Assembly (NCBI RefSeq): GCF_006345805.1
Contig: NC_043010.1
Span: forward strand, 30,194,001 to 30,258,000
DNA: 64,000 nt
Direction: 5' to 3'
Origin: Octopus sinensis
Taxonomy: Eukaryota
Shown here: positions 63,928 through 64,000 of the stretch, piece by piece
Layout of the letters: each line of letters opens with the position of its first letter
How positions within the stretch are numbered: the stretch's first letter is position 1
Position numbers and translations under genes: made by a program
Notes under the pieces: model-generated
Databases searched by the model: none
What the model saw: only the letters and a program-made list of their open reading frames with translations
What the model was told of the DNA's origin: nothing

Positions 63928-64000
63928 ACTAGCAGTATCGCCCGGCGTTGCTCGGGTTTGTAAGGGAAATAACTATATAAGCATTTTTAGAGAGTTACTT
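63928..64000 (-). mobile_element. Helitron-like 3' end (runs off window)
   Basis: Near-identical to the terminus at 49454. Confidence 0.7.

Overview
AT-rich, microsatellite-dense animal genomic DNA. The SINE and Penelope repertoire suggests a coleoid cephalopod such as Octopus (inference). Most ORFs in the supplied track are microsatellite noise or decayed transposons. Read by eye, the window holds one long + strand multi-exon gene whose exons can be chained by splice phase from about 4910 to at least 50390, tentatively to 61883. It encodes a probably extracellular, N-glycosylation-rich protein with 4-5 tandem PLAT/LH2-like modules (one clear PLAT domain) followed by a Thr-rich mucin-like stalk. 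Its introns are packed with mobile DNA: Tx1-like L1 LINEs, mariner/Tc1, hAT, Ty3/gypsy nested in an R4/Dong LINE, Helitron-like non-autonomous elements, several SINE families and Penelope-like element (PLE) fragments. About ten type I hammerhead ribozyme (HHR) motifs are present. They include U3:A8 and A3:U8 core-swapped variants, a non-coding ~358-nt HHR-bearing tandem unit resembling a retrozyme, and a tRNA-headed SINE with an HHR in its tail. All exon models, folds and family calls were made by eye without alignment tools, and some frameshifts may be homopolymer assembly errors.
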